Of a DNA stretch of 43,898 nucleotides, positions 39,870 through 43,898 are shown one piece after another (positions within the stretch are counted from its first letter, which is position 1; each line of letters opens with the position of its first letter). The position numbers and the translations under genes were made by a program. The notes beneath the pieces were generated by a model, which saw only the letters and a list, made by a program, of their open reading frames with translations, made no database searches and was not told the DNA's origin. Origin of the DNA: Atractiella rhizophila (taxonomy: Eukaryota); assembly GCA_021432655.1 (NCBI GenBank), contig MU271220.1, forward strand, positions 62,001 through 105,898, given 5' to 3'.

Positions 39870-42800
39870 TTAATTATTCTGGATCCAAATCGAACCACTT
39901 CGACCGATTTCAGTCTCGTTCTCCCAATCTGGACTTTCTTCAAATTCCGTCCCATCAACCCATCGCTTCCAAGCAGCAATGTACCCTTTCTCCAGATTTC
40001 GGGTCCACCTTCGAGTGTCGAATAAAGGAGACGTCTCTCGAGACAAGAAGAGATTCTTTCGAAGTTCGATCAGCTCGCCTTGCCCTCGACGATGGCTGAC
40101 GACGAGGCCGTCCATTATTTCTGATGTATATTGGTATCGGAGAGATGATGCTAAGGCCACCGCTCGTCGCTCGTACTCCTCGAAGCTGTACACAGTCATC
40201 TGTGAACCGTAACCTGTGGCGCTGACAATGCTCGCGGCGACTCTTGAGCACATCTTCCACTCCCGACGAGGATAGGTTATCATGGGTGTGCCCGACCACA
40301 AAATGCTGTTGAATTTTGTAAGTACAAGTACAGAAAGTTGAAATCGTAAAACTCACTCGCAAGCGGTAGTGTGAGCGTTGCACTCGGTTGTATCAAGGAA
40401 AAGGTCGACAACTCTACCGCGCGCAATATGCTCGTCTTTACTCGTCACGTCGGTGAATCGTATCCGGCTGGCAACTTCCAAACCTGCCCACAAAGAAGCC
40501 GTTTGAAGGAGATGTGGTTCCCCAGCAGCAGGAAATCGCAGCAGCCAGAGGATAGAATTTGGAACATCTCGCAAAATCTTCAGCCAGGACTGAAATATTG
40601 CAGGGTCAATCTAAGGAGAGTTCAGCTTCGATTTCGGAGAATGATCAAGCAGATCACCTTGTAGAGCTGATTAAAGTTGGCAAAGATGACCACATCGTCC
40701 CTCAGACCGGGGAACAACTCTCTGCGTTTTCTCCATCGCAGATCTTCTTCGACAGACCACCGCTGGTCTGGAGGAAGAGTTGACAAAGCGTCACGAGAAC
40801 TCTGTGCATGATCGCAGACAAAATATGAGTCCGGCATGTAGATGAACTTCTCATTGTAGACCCAGCTGTCTGAGGCTTCCTCGGGGTCGATGTCGCCTGG
40901 GAGGTCAGCAGGGGATTCAGGAAGTCCTTGATCCTTTCGCCGCCTCCATTCCTCTGCAGCCGCCGTTTCAGGCGGGCACACTATTGCGTCAGCGACTACA
41001 TAATCGCACCAACCGCCGCTAAGAGGTCCAGCAAATCCCACTAAATAACTACAGTGAGTCTTAGAACACTTTGGTCGAAGAACTACATACTAAACTCCAT
41101 CTGAAGCGGAGCTGGCCGTGCTGCAAACACCTCATTTCGTGCTCCTTTCGTATAACCATTCTGCGACTCCAGTCAGCACACGGAGAAGGACATGTGATTG
41201 ACAGACTAAATTAATCAGAATATGTATTCCATCCTGAGCGATACGATTCACAATTTGATCTGTGCTCCAAGTTGACACGTCCAAGAATCGTGGAACTTCA
41301 CGCTCGATCTTAATACGGTAAGGGGAGTTGTCAGAAGGGGTAGTGGCATAACAGAAAACGTTGAACCGAGATTGATCGTGGAAACCGAAAACAGATTGCA
41401 TGAGGTGTGCGAGGGGATGATTGTTGAGGTCGGAACTGACATAACCTATGTTGAGCTTCGTGGGAGGTGGGGGTGGTGGAAAAACTGTTCGTGGCATCCA
41501 AGGTTGCATGAGAGTGGAATACGAAATTTTGAGCGCGTTGCGGTGTGATATCAGGCGCACCTGTCTTGCAGAGAGAGGATATGTGAATGTGTGAAAAGGG
41601 AGGACGGTTGGAACTGCTGGGCCTGGCAGATTGGAGGGAAGAGTAGGTCGTTGGTACGCAGTTGTATCGTTGTTGAGTTGCATTCCTGGAAAAGCATTGA
41701 GGGCTTTCCCATAAGAGTCTCGGTACCAGCGATGCTGCGTCCGTCGCATCCCTAACTCAACTAGACGAACTAGGAAGCCTCCTTCATTGTACGGGTGCAG
41801 CCCGCCATTGAGAAAGACTTGTAGACTCCTCTTCCAGATCTCCTCATGCCTGCCGAGCGCAGCAGACTTCCGTTCTCCTGTCATGATCCATGCGACGAAA
41901 TCCATCCAATATTCTAGGTTGTTATTTGCCTTCAAGATTCCCCTTCCAAACTTCTTCCCTTCCTCTAACTGACGATCAACAAGTGTAACGATCCGACCCA
42001 TCCAACCACTCGCTGGGTACTTGCCATTCACATCGGGCACGGGGACAGGTAACAGTTTCCCGTCTTCAGTTACAACGGGATCATCTCCAACACTACCTCT
42101 CCCATTCCAATCACAGACCCCTCCTAAAGCGTTCACCAGTCCGCAAACTGCCTCTGGGAAATTCGGTTCAATTTCAACAGCTCGCCGATAATATTCGATG
42201 CTCTCTTGAACACGCCCCATGTCCTTGATGGCATTAGCTAGATTCGCCAAAGCCACCGCAAAGTTCGGCTGACATGCTACTGCTTTCTTGTATTCCTCCA
42301 CTGCAAGAGCAATGTGACCCATGTCCTTGAGAAGTGATCCGTAATTAGTATAGAGATGTGGATGGTTGGGGTCTTTTGAAAGACCAAATCGATAAAATTC
42401 GAGAGCGAGAGCCTGACCACTAGGAGCAGGAGTGCCGGGGATCTGACCAGGCTGAGGTTGAGAAGGGATGGTAGATAGGAGGATCCCAAGATTATTGGCA
42501 GTCGAAGGGGAATCATGTATGGAGATGGCGCTGTAGAAAATAGAAAGGAGAAGAGGTACGGATGGTTGGAATCCAGAAGCTCGTATAGCCTGTGCCATGG
42601 GGCCATTTGGAGACGTGCTGGCGTCTTGGAAGAGTTTGGCTAGAGTGAGCAGAATGGTACTCGTGGTCGAATTGACGGAAGCCATGGTCTGTGCCCTCGT
42701 TTCGGGGGGAACTGAGGGATTATTGAGACCTAGAAGAACAGGAAGACACCCGCCGAAGAGCATCTTGACAAATCGATCAAGCACCTGAGGAGGTAGGAGA

Positions 42801-43898
42801 ATGGTAGGGAGATTTCCGTTTCCTAACTGGTGCAATCGAGTGTAGAGACCAGAAGAAAATTGTTCGGCTGCTTTGAGAAAGGTTGGGTTTTGCCCCGCCT
42901 GCCCTTGCCTAAGTATGTACTCCTTTACGCCTAGGAGGTCCAGGGCAGTATGAACTGATTGAGTCCCAAACTCCTGCTTTGACTTCCAATCCATTCCCTG
43001 AATTCCACGCATCAGCACAAATCCCAGAGCTGTCGATCCGAGAATAAGATCCTTGATGTTTGGACGGGAGGTGACTTCAGATAGTCGTCGAACTGGAGTT
43101 GAGAGCGCAATCTCAACAGCCTTAATGTATTCGTCTTGAGCAGCCAAAGGGTTGCCAAGAGCCGATTGAAGGTTGCCTTTAGCGTAGAAAAGGTTCTGCA
43201 GTCGGTGGACGTGATCGATGGGTATAAAGCTTGGGAGCACGAGAGGTCTCAGGGGTATTTGCACGTTGGTATCATCAAAGCCGTTCACGTAAATCCCACG
43301 TTCCACCTGCTCACAGAGTTCTAAGGCCTCGCGGTAGCGAGGGCCCTCTTGAGGTTTCTGAGGATTGGGGTTGCAGAGAACGCCCAAGAGGTTGTCGAAA
43401 GCGTCGAAATAAGAAGGACGTATTCCAACCGCTCGTCTCCACCACGTCTCCGCCTCAGCTGTCCTCCCCATTGCACGATAAGTCGTTCCTAAGTTGCTCA
43501 TCGCCTCCACCTAACCGCCTTTCGGTGAGAGTCTGTCGACAGAAGAGGACCAAAAAGCTTACATAATTTGGGTCAATTTCCAATATCTTTGCATTCTGCG
43601 CCACAGATCCAACCAAATCGCCTCTCGAGTAATACACACAACTAAGGAGCAACAGACTCGGGAGATGCGTTGGATGCAAATCTGTGACAGTGTGAAGAAG
43701 TCCAAGCAAGTAGTCGTCTTTTGGGGCCCTGATATACAAGACATGGGCGGCGCTCAACAAATAATCTCTCGTCTCTTCCGTACACCTGCCCTCCTTCTGT
43801 ACCGTCTCTAGTACCGCTCTCATCGACTGCTCAGCCGGGATGTCCGGTTTGGGAGGCGGGGGTTGAACCCTCTGCTGTGCAGGTTGGGGTGGAGATGG
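39870..43898 (-). CDS. OGT: O-GlcNAc transferase (GT41, TPR repeats), 5' end outside window
   Basis: TPRs (YTNYGSLLKDMG, ALANLANAIKDMG), IGYVSSDLNNHPLAHL, NL|NGYTKGARNE, FANFNQLYK, LWLLRFP, DLFLDTTECNAHTTA, PLFDTRRW. Confidence 0.95.

Overview
Intron-rich eukaryotic DNA from a basidiomycete fungus. Introns are short (about 45-75 nt) with GT/GC-AG ends and CTRAC-like branch points; Pucciniomycotina is a guess from protein style only. The window holds about 17 protein-coding genes: a 5'-truncated LRR/F-box-like protein, a homeodomain factor, PFK-2/FBPase-2, three members of an orphan 7-TM family, the IAH1 GDSL esterase, a Med25-like VWA+ACID/SPOC protein, a Bet v1/SRPBCC protein, an alpha/beta hydrolase, a conserved hypothetical protein with a C-terminal Ig-like module, a class-3 lipase, a Zn2Cys6 factor, SPATA20/YyaL, a 5'-truncated O-GlcNAc transferase and two hypotheticals. 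Two independent tandem duplications lie in the first 14 kb (about 0.97 kb and 3.2 kb). The larger copies an intact 7-TM gene and shows a step change in divergence. I found no transposon, RNA gene, CRISPR array or clearly novel multi-gene system. The best leads are the diversifying orphan GPCR-like family, the Med25-like protein and an apparent excess of GC-AG introns. All gene models were spliced by eye and no database search was run.
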